From positions 404,984,001-405,048,000 of the forward strand of contig NC_067400.1 in assembly GCF_016432865.1 (NCBI RefSeq): a DNA stretch of 64,000 nucleotides, given 5' to 3'. Every line of letters begins with the position of its first letter. The first letter of the stretch is position 1. The position numbers and the translations under genes were made by a program. The stretch comes from Antechinus flavipes. Its lineage: Eukaryota. Shown in pieces: positions 51,026 through 63,569 of the stretch. The notes beneath the pieces are model-generated. The model searched no databases and was not told the DNA's origin. It worked only from the letters and a program-made list of their open reading frames with translations.

Positions 51026-52688
51026 TCCCATGACTAACTCTGTAATCTCATCCATCATTTGTCTATTTCCACATGCAGATTTTAAGGACAGAGATTGTAC
51101 CATTTTCACAGCTTTGCACTGTTTATGTAGCACAAGTATATAATAGGTGCCTAATAAGTATTGATTGAACTAATATTGTCTGTTATGCTAAATTAATTTA
51201 TTGAATACTTGTGAAGAATTCTAATCTAGAAGCCAACAAAAAAAATAGTTTAAAATCTAATTACCAAATTCTTAAATGAAAAAACTATAGAAGAGCATAT
51301 CTTACAGAACAGGAGAATCACTTGACCACATAGATCCATCAAGGATCTGTTGTAGTAATATAGTTCTAGTACTGGTGAACGCAAATCCACTTTCTACAGA
51401 TCTCTTATTAGAGTTCTAGCTACATGGAAGATGCATGCCACCTAAAAGTATCAAATATGAGATTTATAAATTTCCTCTCTCAAAAACTAAATGAAATTAG
51501 AACTGATTAATTAGCATTCCTAAAAGAATAGACTTATTATTAATAACTATGTAATCACAAAATTTGGATTGTAACACTTCAGTTTCTAGTGGCTTAGGAA
51601 GACAAATTTAGGGAGAATGGCTGATCCAGATCATTAAACAGAAAAAATATATACTGGAAATAACACAATCTTTAAAGCAATGATAAATCATTATACAAGA
51701 TACAGAAAGGAAGATATATAAATAATGGAAAATAAGGAATAGGATTACACAAAAACAAAAAAAGGCAATTAAATAGACACCAATAACTGCTGATTGATAT
51801 CTACTTTCTCATCTCTAAAATTTTCTGACAGTGATCTCTACAAATGCTAAAAAATAGTTCTCAAATATATGACTCAAGCTCTAATGTAAATATTGCCTCC
51901 AGTAATAAGGCTCCATTCATACTTCCCCATACTGCCTAACTCTTTTTCATGTCTTCCCACAAGTTTTCCACAAGGAATCCATCTAAAAAGCAGTTGAGGG
52001 AGGAGGACATAAAGGAATAAGAAGGTGAATATTCTTTGATTTCTTTTGAAATTACTAGAACACAAAAGAAGCATATAGGCTATCCATTGGTTAACCCTCA
52101 AAATGGCAAAAATCATTTTACTTCTTTGTTTCTTTGATGACATCTTTTATACCATTCTTTTTTTGATTCCTTAAAAGATACTTGTTGCAGTCTGAATACT
52201 ATCTTATATCTCATCATTACCCTTTTGGTGATCCATAGTTTGAGTTTTTTAGAGATAATAGTATTATTTATAGACATACAACAACATTAAAGCCATTTTT
52301 ATAAAGGTATGAAAAGGAAACAAACAAACTTTCACAAACAATTTTATAGTTAATTACATCTTTAAAATTTCATAACTGAATAAAATGTATGCCAAAAAGG
52401 AAGTTTTATTTAATTTTTTTTGTTTTTTTAAATCATTTGACTCAATAGAAAAACTATTCTAATGTCCCTTCTTTAACAATGTCTTTCATGAATATATTAA
52501 TATCATATAAAATTTCTTGATAAATGTGATCTCTGAAATAACTCTATTACATTCTGCTCAATAATATCTAACATTATAATAATATAATATAATAATATCT
52601 AAATATTGTATATTTGACAAAGGTATTTGCCTCTGTAATGGAAGATGCACAGTTCAATAAAGTCCCAGTACACTGTAATCTGCAATTA

Positions 52689-55468
52689 AGACCAAAGCTT
52701 CCACTACTTAAAAAGTTATTTCAAATTATTCATGTGAAGCTGAATACTGAGGCTGAAGCTTAGATGATATGACCACATAAGAAGACAGGATTCAATCCTC
52801 AGTAGAAAAGATTGAAGAGAAAGAGAGAAGGGAATAACAGATGATGAGATGAACAGAAAATGGCATGGAAGCAATGAAAATGAGCTTGGACAGATTTCAG
52901 TAGACAGTGGAGATCACAAAGAGTTGGACACAACTAAATGACTAAACAACATTCATTATATAATGTTCTAACTGGTCTCTGTATCCCAAGTCTCTCCTGA
53001 GTTTACTCTGGATTCCACTGCCAAAGTGATTGTTCTGATCCCCACCTCCTGCTCCCTATTATTTCCAGGACTAAATATAAATTCTTTTTTCAGCATTTAA
53101 AGCCTTGTGGCTTAAAGTTCTTGCCAGGTAACAGTCATTTTTAACAAGTGTTACTTATTTGAAATAATATGCTATTTTTACTTTTGTTGGTCAACCAAGG
53201 ACAATATCATTCTTTTTGTACTTAATTCCCCAACATCATCATCCATCTTTCCATTCTGTCTTCCCAACACTGCCAAGGATTCCCTTAACATTGTGATAAG
53301 AATAATTCATGACTTAGACACTAGTCTAACAGGGCCTGGAGCTATTATAACCCACCAACCTTCCTACTTATATCAGAAGTTCAATAACTTTCAAATTAAC
53401 AAGTAATATGTTAAACGAAGGAAATTCAAAGAATGAAAAGTACACCAGAAGAGAGGGGTTTTTTTTTTAATGTAATACGAAGATAAAAAGGCAAATATGT
53501 GGTTCCCTCATGTACTGATTCTTCTTCTCTTTTTTCTTTTCTTCCCAAATGTATTCCTTTTTTTTTTCTTTTTGTCCCAGTATACTGGCTGTATTTCTCT
53601 ATAATTTCTCAATTGTATTAATATTTTTATTCAGTGTTCTTTTTGGTGGGCCATATTAGTCTACTATTTGCTAAACCTGCTCTTGAGATGGTCTCTGTAG
53701 GAGGTACAATTTTGTATTTTCTCAAATATTGTATTTATTTCTTATCTCTGAAATATATATATATATATGAAAAAGCTGGTCAGGAACCCACAATATCTTT
53801 CCTCCTCTCTACTCATATAACTACGAATACAGCTCAGGTCCTCATTACCTCTTTCCCGTACTACTACAAATAGTATATATTTGAGAGTACCCTGGACAAC
53901 AAGAGACCAAAGCTTCCACTACTTAAAAAATTATTTCAAATTATTCATGTGAAGCTGAATACTGAGGCTGAAGCTTAGATGATATGACCACATAAGAAGA
54001 CAGGATTCAATCCTCAGTAGAAAAGATTGAAGAGAAAGAGAGAAGGGAATAACAGATGATGAGATGAACAGAAAATGGCATGGAAGCAATGAAAATGAGC
54101 TTGGACAGATTTCAGGAGACAGTGGAGATCACAAAGAGTTGGACACAACTAAATGACTAAACAACATTCATTATATAATGTTCTAACTAGTCTCTGTATC
54201 CCAAGTCTCTCCTGAGTTTACTCTGGATTCCACTGCCAAAGTGATTGTTCTGATCCCCACCTCCTGCTCCCTATTATTTCCAGGACTAAATATAAATTCT
54301 TTTTTCAGCATTTAAAGCCTTGTGGCTTAAAGTTCTTGCCAGGTAACAGTCATTTTTAACAAGTGTTACTTATTTGAAATAATATGCTATTTTTACTTTT
54401 GTTGGTCAACCAAGGACAATATCATTCTTTTTGTACTTAATTCCCCCACATCATCATCCATCTTTCCATTCTGTCTTCCCAACACTGCCAAGGATTCCCT
54501 TAACATTGTGATAAGAATAATTCATGACTTAGACACTAGTCTAACAGGGCCTGGAGCTATTATAACCCACCAACCTTCCTACTTATATCAAAAGTTCAAT
54601 AACTTTCAAATTAACAAGTAATATGTTAAACGAAGGAAATTCAAAGAATGAAAAGTACACCAGAAGAGAGGGTTTTTTTTTTTAATGTAATACGAAGATA
54701 AAAAGGCAAATATGTGGTTCCCTCATGTACTGATTCTTCTTCTCTTTTTTCTTTTCTTCCCAAATGTATTCCTTTTTTTTTTCTTTTTGTCCCAGTATAC
54801 TGGCTGTATTTCTCTATAATTTCTCAATTGTATTAATATTTTTATTCAGTGTTCTTTTTGGTGGGCCATATTAGTCTACTATTTGCTAAACCTGCTCTTG
54901 AGATGGTCTCTGTAGGAGGTACAATTTTGTATTTTCTCAAATATTGTATTTATTTCTTATCTCTGAAATATATATATATATATGAAAAAGCTGGTCAGGA
55001 ACCCACAATATCTTTCCTCCTCTCTACTCATATAACTACGAATACAGCTCAGGTCCTCATTACCTCTTTCCCGTACTACTACAAATAGTATATATTTGAG
55101 AGTACCCTGGACAACAAGAGACCAAAGCTTCCACTACTTAAAAAATTATTTCAAATTATTCATGTGAAGCTGAATACTGAGGCTGAAGCTTAGATGATAT
55201 GACCACATAAGAAGACAGGATTCAATCCTCAGTAGAAAATATTGAAGAGAAAGAGAGAAGGGAATAACAGATGATGAGATGAACAGAAAATGGCATGGAA
55301 GCAATGAAAATGAGCTTGGACAGATTTCAGGAGACAGTGGAGATCACAAAGAGTTGGACACAACTAAATGACTAAACAACATTCATTATATAATGTTCTA
55401 ACTGGTCTCTGTATCCCAAGTCTCTCCTGAGTTTACTCTGAATTCCACTGCCAAAGTGATTGTTCTGA
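52689..55468 (+). repeat. Tandem duplication array, period 1215 bp, about 2.29 copies (A-B-A-B-A; A = 350 bp, B = 865 bp)
   Basis: agaccaaagcttccactactta starts at 52689, 53904 and 55119. The identical 79-aa ORF appears at 53634 and 54849. The third copy ends at tgttctga (55468). Copies are about 99% identical with copy-specific substitutions. Confidence 0.98.
52733..52950 (+). mobile_element. BovB-type RTE LINE 3' end (repeated at 53948-54165 and 55163-55380)
   Basis: atactgaggctgaagct...aaagattgaag...gatgagatg...atggaagcaatgaaaatgagcttggacaga...aagagttggacacaactaaatgactaaacaac matches the recalled BovB/RTE 3' tail. Confidence 0.8.
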
Positions 55469-55469
55469 C

Positions 55470-55880
55470 TGATTCAGATTTTCATTAGTTCCCTGTGATC
55501 TCCAGGATTAAATATAAATTTGTTTGGCATTAAAACCCTTTATAACCATCAAAATTTTTCCTACCTTCCAGATCTTTTTATACTTGATTCTCCTCCACCC
55601 ATGCACTCTGTTCTATCAATACTAGTTAAATATAACACTTCTCTGTAAATACTGCCCTTATCCCTGTGGAAGGCTATAGTCCACCACTTTTTCTCCAGAT
55701 ATCCCCAATTGCTCATGCCTTCTTCTCTAACCATCTATCCTTATATCTGCCTTGTTAACATGATGTCTCTCTCATTAGAATGTAAGCTCCTTGAGCTGTA
55801 ACTATGCTTTTAACCTGTCTTTATCCCTAATGAGTTATACAGTGCTTAAAACAAAGTAAATGTAAGTGTTTGTTTACTGG
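55470..55880 (+). mobile_element. L2 3' fragment
   Basis: ctccaggattaaatataaa...tttggcattaaaaccctttataacc...cattagaatgtaagctccttgag...acagtgcttaaaacaaagtaaatg. Confidence 0.75.
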
Positions 55881-57129
55881 CTAACAGTGGCTAATTAATT
55901 TAGTCTCCATCACTTGCATGCTAATTATGAATGATTTCAAGGAAATGACATCCTGAAGGGAGAGAAATGGGTAGGGTTTACTATGACCAGAGCCCAAAGA
56001 AATAATATTCTATACATAGATATTCCATATGAATCTTTGACGTTCCTCATTTTTTTTTGAAAACTTGAGGTAATTCAAAGCTAGGATTTGTGGTGGTGGA
56101 AACAAAATATTTTATGTTCTGTTAGTTTTTTTTTTTTTCCACTAATTCTAAGATTTTGCTGCTATCAAGTAAAAGCACACTTCTGCTATTTATGGAATGT
56201 TGTGATAGCCTCAAGAACATATAACTTGCTTTCTGAGATAAAATAAATAAAGACTCTGGTATTAGAGTGTACAAATAACAGATAACAATTTGTTTATAAT
56301 TTCACAATAAAATAATTATTTAAAATAACAATACATAAATTCCAATAGTTTACCAATTTAGCACAAATAATAATAATAATAGTAACCAAATTTGAAATGA
56401 CATCTCTCAGAAGCCAACATGCTAAATCTCTGATTTCAATTCCAAGTGTCAGTCATAATCAAGCTGACAAGTTGCTCAATGTTCATTGTTGCCAGCAAAC
56501 CTTTTTAAGTGAGGTCTAAGCTCTCATTAGTCTAAACCAACTCAGAAGTGTCTCTTATTGACTGTCTGAAGTAAAACACTTCTTCACTTAGCCAGCTCAG
56601 AGATATTTTCTCGCCAGATAACAGTCAATTCTCCTAAATGTTACTTATTTTTAAAAATATCCCCTTTTTACTTTTGATGGTCAACCCAGAAATAATTTCT
56701 CTTTTTTTAGTGGCCAACTAAAATATAGACTCAGCTTAGGTTAGCTAGCTCTAGTCAGATGGTCATTTGTAGTCACAGCTTCAATCAGACTATTAGCTAT
56801 TCTCATTAGTACTTGTTATTTGTTGCTCAAAGGCAAATTCATTATTGAAACTAGTTGAAGCAGCATGCTACAATGGAATGAGAATCCACATAAAGCCAGA
56901 TGACCTTGGTACCAACTTTAGTTCTCCCACTTAGTATTAATATGATCTAGAGAAGACTACTTACTATCTCTAGGGACTCAGTTTCTTCATCTGTTTAATA
57001 ATAATATTAGATTAGATGCTCTCAACTCTGTAGTCCTGTAATATATATTTTCTGACTAAAATCATGTTATAGATTTTAGGGTTAATATTTCCCTCGTTGG
57101 AACTGCTAATAATTTTAGATTTACATATC

Positions 57130-57405
57130 TTTCCCCCAACTCTGTGCTGATCTCTAGCTTTTCATCTCCAACTGCCTTTCAGACATTTAAGACTGGATGT
57201 ACAGAAAATAACAGAACTTCTACTACTAGTGCCTTCCCTGTTAATTATTTCTTATTTATCCCATATATAGTTTATTTGCATGTCCTCTTCATTAGATCAC
57301 AATCTCCCTAAAAACAGGAACTGTCTTTTGCTTCTTTTTGTATCCCTAATGCTTAGCACAGTACCTGGCACATATTAGGCATTTAATAAGTTTATTGATT
57401 ATTTG
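57130..57405 (+). mobile_element. L2 3' fragments
   Basis: atctccaactgcctttcagacattt...ggatgt and cttttgcttctttttgtatccctaatgcttagcacagtacctggcacatattaggcatttaataag. Confidence 0.8.
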
Positions 57406-57509
57406 ATGAACTAGGATTTCTTTCATATTGATGAAACTGTTTATGATAGTATCAGGACTAGGTGATGTCTTAGAGAAGCTATAGGGCAGTATGTGGTTTT
57501 AGGCATATA

Positions 57510-57952
57510 TATAGTGGTATGCTGGTTAAGTAATTAACAGCTGGTTCTCTGGGGAGAGAGGGAGGGAATATATGCATGACATTAAATTGTATTAGACTGC
57601 AACTTCTTTTCCTCTTTTTTTTTTTGCTTTTTTTATAACTTGCTTAATATGAAAATATTTTTTCTATAACTTTATATGTACAGTGACCACATATTGCTTG
57701 CTTTCTCTTAATGCATATGGGAAGGGGTAGAGAGAAAAAAATTTGAAACTCAAAAATTTAAAAATGAATTTTAAAAAATATTTTAAAAAGAAAATCTGCA
57801 TTATTAATGTTTTCCCATCACTTTGTTAAGTCTAGATGATGAACAAAACAATAAATCAAGCCCTCATTTGTAGTGTTTGCCAATTTCTCAAGCATAAATG
57901 CTTATACTGAACATTTAATAAATGAACTAGTTCTAGCTGGCACATCCCTGGG
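57510..57952 (+). mobile_element. MER63-like hAT element with an inserted L1 3'UTR piece (about 57600-57790)
   Basis: Starts agtggtatgctggttaagtaattaacagctggttctctgggg and ends gaactagttctagctggcacatccctg. Internal aaatctgcattattaatgttttcccatcac...tctagatg...aaaacaataaatcaagccc is shared with 63570-63812. Confidence 0.65.
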
Positions 57953-58049
57953 TACACTTCACATTATCTGATGTCTAGAGCTAAATTAGAAAAGAAAATC
58001 CAATATGAGATCATGATAGTAATAGTATCCAAACTCAAAATGATGAGAG

Positions 58050-58420
58050 AAAGAAGGAAAGTACCTATTTGGACAAAAATGTTTCTAGTAGGTCTCTTTG
58101 TAGTGTCAAGAACTGGAAAATAAAGGGATGCCCATCAATTTTGAAATGTTATTCAATGGAATACTCCTATAAGAACTTATACAGATTCAGAAAACCTTAG
58201 GAAGAATCATTTGAACTGATACACTATAGTAAGAAAAACCTGGAAGACAATTTATACAATAATAATAGCATTGCAAAGACAAGCATTCTTGAAATACTTG
58301 AGAACTCTAATGAGCATACTGAGTAACCATGATTCCAGAGGATTAGTAGTAAAGTACTTCTGAAAAAAATATTTTCTTTTTTCAGAAAGATGATGAACTC
58401 AGGGTACAAAATGAGATAGA
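58050..58420 (+). mobile_element. Old L1 ORF2 end / 3'UTR fragment
   Basis: acaaaaatgtttctagtaggtctctttgtagtgtcaagaactggaaaataaagggatgcccatcaatt reads like TKMF...LFVV..NWK..GCPSI. Confidence 0.8.
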
Positions 58421-61400
58421 TATATATGATTTCTGGGCATAATTTACAATGATGCTATTATGTTATTTATGGAGGAACCAAGTAGGAGGTTATTCTCAAA
58501 CATGTTTGCTATACAAATTCCATCTTAGTGTTTGCTTATGAAAAGCTACGCAGAACTACATCCTATGTAGCACAAACTACATAGCAAATTGCATTAACAA
58601 TATCAACTCATTCCAAGTGATCAAGCTAGACTCAGGGACAAGTAATGTAAACCCCTGTAACTGCTCCACTGATGTCCAGTTTATAGCTTCTTAGGGCTGA
58701 CAAAGACCTGAGAAAATGCATATTAGCCACCTGCGAAGAGGTCATCTTCAATAATTCCAAGCAAATATGCTGCCTCTAATGAGGTATTCTGGCTGGAATA
58801 AGTTTAGCAAGATTAAACAAAAGCTATATCTTTTTCATTATTTCAGAATCTAAAAAAAAAAAAAAAGCCCAGCATGGTCTTTGTGCTACTGTTATTGTGA
58901 GAGAACAAAAGAAAGGGCCAAAATTTTATTCTGGGCTTACGCTCCTTCTCTGAGCTTCTAACAAGTGTGTTCTAATGAAGATGATTGTCCTAGTGAGACA
59001 CATTTCTGGAAATCTCAATGTGATACTGAAAAGGCAGTGGAAGCCACTAGGGACTAAATTTCTGAAGATGTCTGAATGAAACTTCAATGCTTATACAGAA
59101 ATTATAGGAATGAATGAATGAAGTAGTAAACCTACTGGCAGTCAGGACCTTCTGATTATCACCTACTTTTAGAAAGGATAGCTGCTGAAAATAAGATTAC
59201 AAGTTACCAAGGGCACTGCCTGATTTGTAGAAATTGTACCTTTATTATAAAAGGCCTTTCTTGGAAACATTTCCCCTCTTTCTTTACATAAGCTCTTTCA
59301 CACTAAGAGCCAGTAAATATGGTGATATAGTATAAACTCAAACCCTCTCCTTGCTTCCCAAATTTCTCTATAAATATGGAAAAAAGAACTCTCACATTCA
59401 AATAATTCATGAGGGAAAATATGCTGCATATTCCAAAATCCCATTTTGCATATTTTTCTTTTAAAAAAATATTAACTTTATTCTTGAGTAGGTTCTATAA
59501 AATTTTTCATTTTTTAAAAAAAATTGCTGTCACATATCTTATCAGCCAAATGAGAATTTTAGTTTCTACTTCCATATTTTCAAATCATAAAAAGCCTTAA
59601 AAGTTTAGTTATAATATAATTTACAGAAACACAAACCAAGGACTTTGCATTTGAACATGTAGAAATGTCATATGAAGTCAAATCATTCTAGGGTGAGTCA
59701 GTTTGTCAGGCTTCATAATAAAAAAAAATTAAAATTCAGCTGTGATGATATCAATGGATTCACACTGAAAAAGATCTAAACGAAATATGTAGACTGAATA
59801 AGAAAGTGGGAACTGGGTTGCACTAAAAGAAATAGTCTGTCTGCTTTCATATGATAATAGAAACATTTGACAAGGTGATTACATTAAAATCCTTGTTAAA
59901 GTGTCACCAAAAAGATAGAAAGAATTATAGACCCTTAGGTGACAGGGTATAATTCTTTCATATTAATTATGTTTTAGAACCTGACTGATGTTCTAACCTA
60001 TTTAAATGATTTGCATTATGGGAATGAATCTTAATTTCACTTGCACATTTGAAGAGTGATCAAAATTCATATTTAATGCTTGAGTCAATCTTGCTTTTGG
60101 AGTCATAAATGATATGTTGCAGAATTATAAGTTTTAACTCAATGGAACCATGTTATATAATATAAATTTATTCTATGTTGTTTAGTACACAATTTCTTCA
60201 TAGAAACATAGGATTCCAGATTTAGAGCTGGAAGGAAACTCAGAAGTTATAGCTAAAGAAACAGGTCCAGAGAGATTAAATGCCTTCCTCAAGGTGACAT
60301 AGGTCTTCAGGGGCAGAGCCAGACACTTCAACTCTAGCATTCTTTCCACCATAGCACATACAACCATTGGGACATCCTTAAGTGGAAAAGACAACCTTAG
60401 TATTGATTTTTTGAGGTCTAATTTTGATTGAACTTTCTAGTCATTTTTATATCACACCTTCATCAAAGTTCTTTTTCTTATGCTTTATTATGGCAGGAAG
60501 ATGACTCTAAATTCTCAAAGGCTATATTACTAGGATCTAACTATATCATACAACAAGCTAAAAAAAAAACAATTTGTGAATCCAATTATAGATTATGTTT
60601 TGATCATCTGGCTTAACTATTTGAATGATTTATCAATTAAAAAGTTACCATTATTTAGAAGCCACAATGATGAATTCATGAATCTTTTCCCCACCAACAT
60701 AAAGGTAAAAATAATTGTAGATAATATAAAATACATGATACATCAGAAATATACACTAAAAACCTTTTTATCAGGACATTTGGCATCATGAAAACAAAAA
60801 ATATGTCTTATTCTTTTGCATGGAAGAAGTAGTTTCTCCAAAAATATCATAAGACAAACTTCTAGTTTCAAAGAATGACAGAGGCAGAGCTGAAAGGGAC
60901 CTTTGATTCCATATAGTACAACTTGCATCACTTTACAGATGAGGAAACTGAGGTACAAAGGAATCAAAAGACTTGGCCAAGATCATATGTACTAAGTGAC
61001 AAACTGGAAGTTGAACCTGGCTTATCTTATTCTAAGCTTTTGTTAATAAAAATGTACCATTCCTGTATCATATGTCATGTGCCACTATATCATGTATTTC
61101 AAGTTTTCTTGACTTGATTCCCAAACTTGAACACCCCTTTGCTTTTTGGATTTTTTTTTATTATCTTCTTTGATAGCTCTCTCATTTGTAAGGAAGGAGA
61201 GGCAAGGAAGGAAGCACACTTCCCATGCCTCTAAAGCCCAAGTTCTGATAAGCTTAGAGCTGGAAACACTGAGTACAATCATAACAAACAAACAAAAAAG
61301 TCCTGATTTTCTGAAAGAAGGTAAAGAAAATGAGGAAACTTTAAATAATAAGAAACTTAAATATTTGTACTAAAAAAGACAATTTGAACAGAAAATATTG

Positions 61401-61554
61401 TGTATAATCCTTAATTTAAGTAAAACTTGATTTAGCTTAGTGGCAAAATGAAGCATTAGTATACACAGAAATTTTGAAGTTTTCATGTATTTTCTTCCTG
61501 AGGCTCAAATAAGAAGCTAGAAATTCTTTCTGTGTGTATATTATCATAAATATA

Positions 61555-61646
61555 AACACACACACACACACACACATATACATGTATATACTTATATAAT
61601 AAATATATAGATATCTATGTGTTTACATATTTTGCATGTATCCATC

Positions 61647-61678
<32 letters not shown>

Positions 61679-61690
61679 TAGATAGATATG
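61555..61690 (+). repeat. (CA)n and (GATA)n microsatellites
   Basis: Seen directly at about 61555-61576 and 61651-61688. Confidence 0.9.
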
Positions 61691-62167
61691 AAAGTATCAC
61701 ATGGCTCACAAGAATAATAATGAGACTAATTTTTGAGTTAGCCAGAGAATATAATACATTATCTTCACCTCTTGGCAAAGAGATGATAGACTAGATGTAT
61801 AGAATGAGAAACCTATTTTCAGAAATTGCCAATGTATTGATTTGTTTTGTTGAACTAGATTTGTATACCACAAAGCAAGGCTTTTACAAGTGCAGGCCGA
61901 AAGGAGCTGTTTATAGTAGTGATGCTAAATTTAATTTTAAAAAGGAATATGAAAAAAAGTTTTTAAAATATTTAAGAAAAAAGTAGGCATAAAAGAGAAA
62001 GTAGAAAAATAGGGCAGTTTTGTTACTACTACATTAAATTTAATATGGATTTAAAATATATATATAATTTTACAATTTAATTTTTTATTGTTTGCACATT
62101 AATTTATTTATGTTTACTGATGTTTAAATTCACAAGTAAAAAGAAAATTTATAAAAAATAATATAAT

Positions 62168-62390
62168 GCTGGGAGTGTGCTGAGGCAACCTGAACTGGGT
62201 TATGAGAATTCATTGTTACATTTTCACTGTTAGCATTTATACGTTAAAAATTGGCAAAGGTTACAAATGACGGTTTGATTTTTTTGTTGTTGATTGTAAA
62301 AAATTTTTTTAAGTGATAGAGAAAATGTTAACAATGCAAATTAAACTTAACAGTATGTCAGGTATATTTTATTGTTTTTATTAATAATAC
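62168..62390 (-). mobile_element. MER63-like hAT fragment
   Basis: gggagtgtgctgaggcaacctgaactgg...cattgttacattttcactgttagcatttatac...gtgatagagaaaatgttaacaatgcaaat is the reverse complement of the 57510 and 63570 copies. Confidence 0.6.
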
Positions 62391-62556
62391 AAAGATGATT
62401 AATAGACAAATGGCATCTCCAATTTGGCGAACCTGTTTCTCATTAGCCCTGCAAATGGTATTTTCAAGGCAACATTATTGGACTAAGGTGTACATTTCTG
62501 AAGTCTTTTGTTAAACATTTACCAGCACACCCTTGATTGATACATTCTTATGAAAC

Positions 62557-62601
62557 TATGTATATGTGTATATATATGTATATATATATATATATATATA
62601 C
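62557..62601 (+). repeat. (TA)n microsatellite
   Basis: Seen directly in the sequence. Confidence 0.95.
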
Positions 62602-63084
62602 AAATAGAAATCACTATTCATGATAATTATATAATGTTATGTTTATTATTCCTAAAGAATTTCTTTTTTTTCAAAACTCAAAAAAGTTATAAGGAAAAGC
62701 AGCAATAGTCATTTTTTAAAATTTCTTATATTTTCAAAAATTTTTATCTAAAATGGCCAGGGATAGAAGCCAGCAAAAAAAAAAAAAAAAAAAAGTTAAT
62801 AAGAATATATCTTTCTGGCATCTTGACAAATTTATCACAAGGACTCAAAACTTAAAGGGAAGAGAAGGAAGAAAACTTGCTGTTTCCTTCAGTCAGAAGA
62901 CCTAGAACTGAATCTTGGAATTTTTTTTTTTTTTGAGAACCAGAAGTTAAATTCCTAGGTCTACTTTTCAAATTCTATTCTTTTTTATATTTAAGAAAAT
63001 CAGAATTATTTATCTTTCTATACAGCTATAGTACACCCTTCTACATAATCTCTCTCTCTTTTTAAACTATTCATTTATTTATTT

Positions 63085-63235
63085 ATTAATTTTTGGTTAG
63101 GCAAGTGCATTCTTTTTTTTTTTTTAACATATTTCCTTATGAATTATGTCGGGAGAGAAAAATCAAAGCAAGAGAAAGATCATGAGAGATAAAGAAAACA
63201 GAAGAAAAAGAAAAAAAAGTGAATCTCCATAGAAT
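63085..63235 (-). mobile_element. Short L1 3'-end remnant
   Basis: ttggttaggcaa...ttttttaacatatttcc...gtcgggagagaaaaatcaaagcaagagaaa...aaaaaagtgaa resembles a reverse-strand marsupial L1 3'UTR end. Confidence 0.55.
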
Positions 63236-63569
63236 TTTAAGGAATACCAACAGCATCTATCAGTTGAATTCATAGCTGAAAGCAAAGTACCCTCTCACTA
63301 TTGCCTCAAATTTTTGTTTTAAGTATCATGCCCTTAATTATCCATTTTTATTCTTTCTAATTCTTTCTAGTCAAGGATGTCATAAGGCTTAAATAAAATA
63401 AGAGATTCACATTTTGCAAATTTAAAGCACTATAGAAATGCCAGTCATTACCATCACCATTATCATTGAATATTAACCATCATCTTCTTCTTGCAGATAT
63501 CAGTCAGATGATTTAATCATTCCCTGAATCTTCTCCTGAGATCCTGATGAGCTCAAGCAATGTTTATAG

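Noticed and set aside
53634-53873. 79-aa ORF present twice as a duplicated small gene
   Set aside because: It starts at GTG, runs through a (TA)n tract and has no recognisable domain. Its identity at two positions simply reflects the tandem array.
52689-55468. CRISPR-like or satellite array
   Set aside because: Eukaryotic DNA with a 1215-bp period and no spacer structure.
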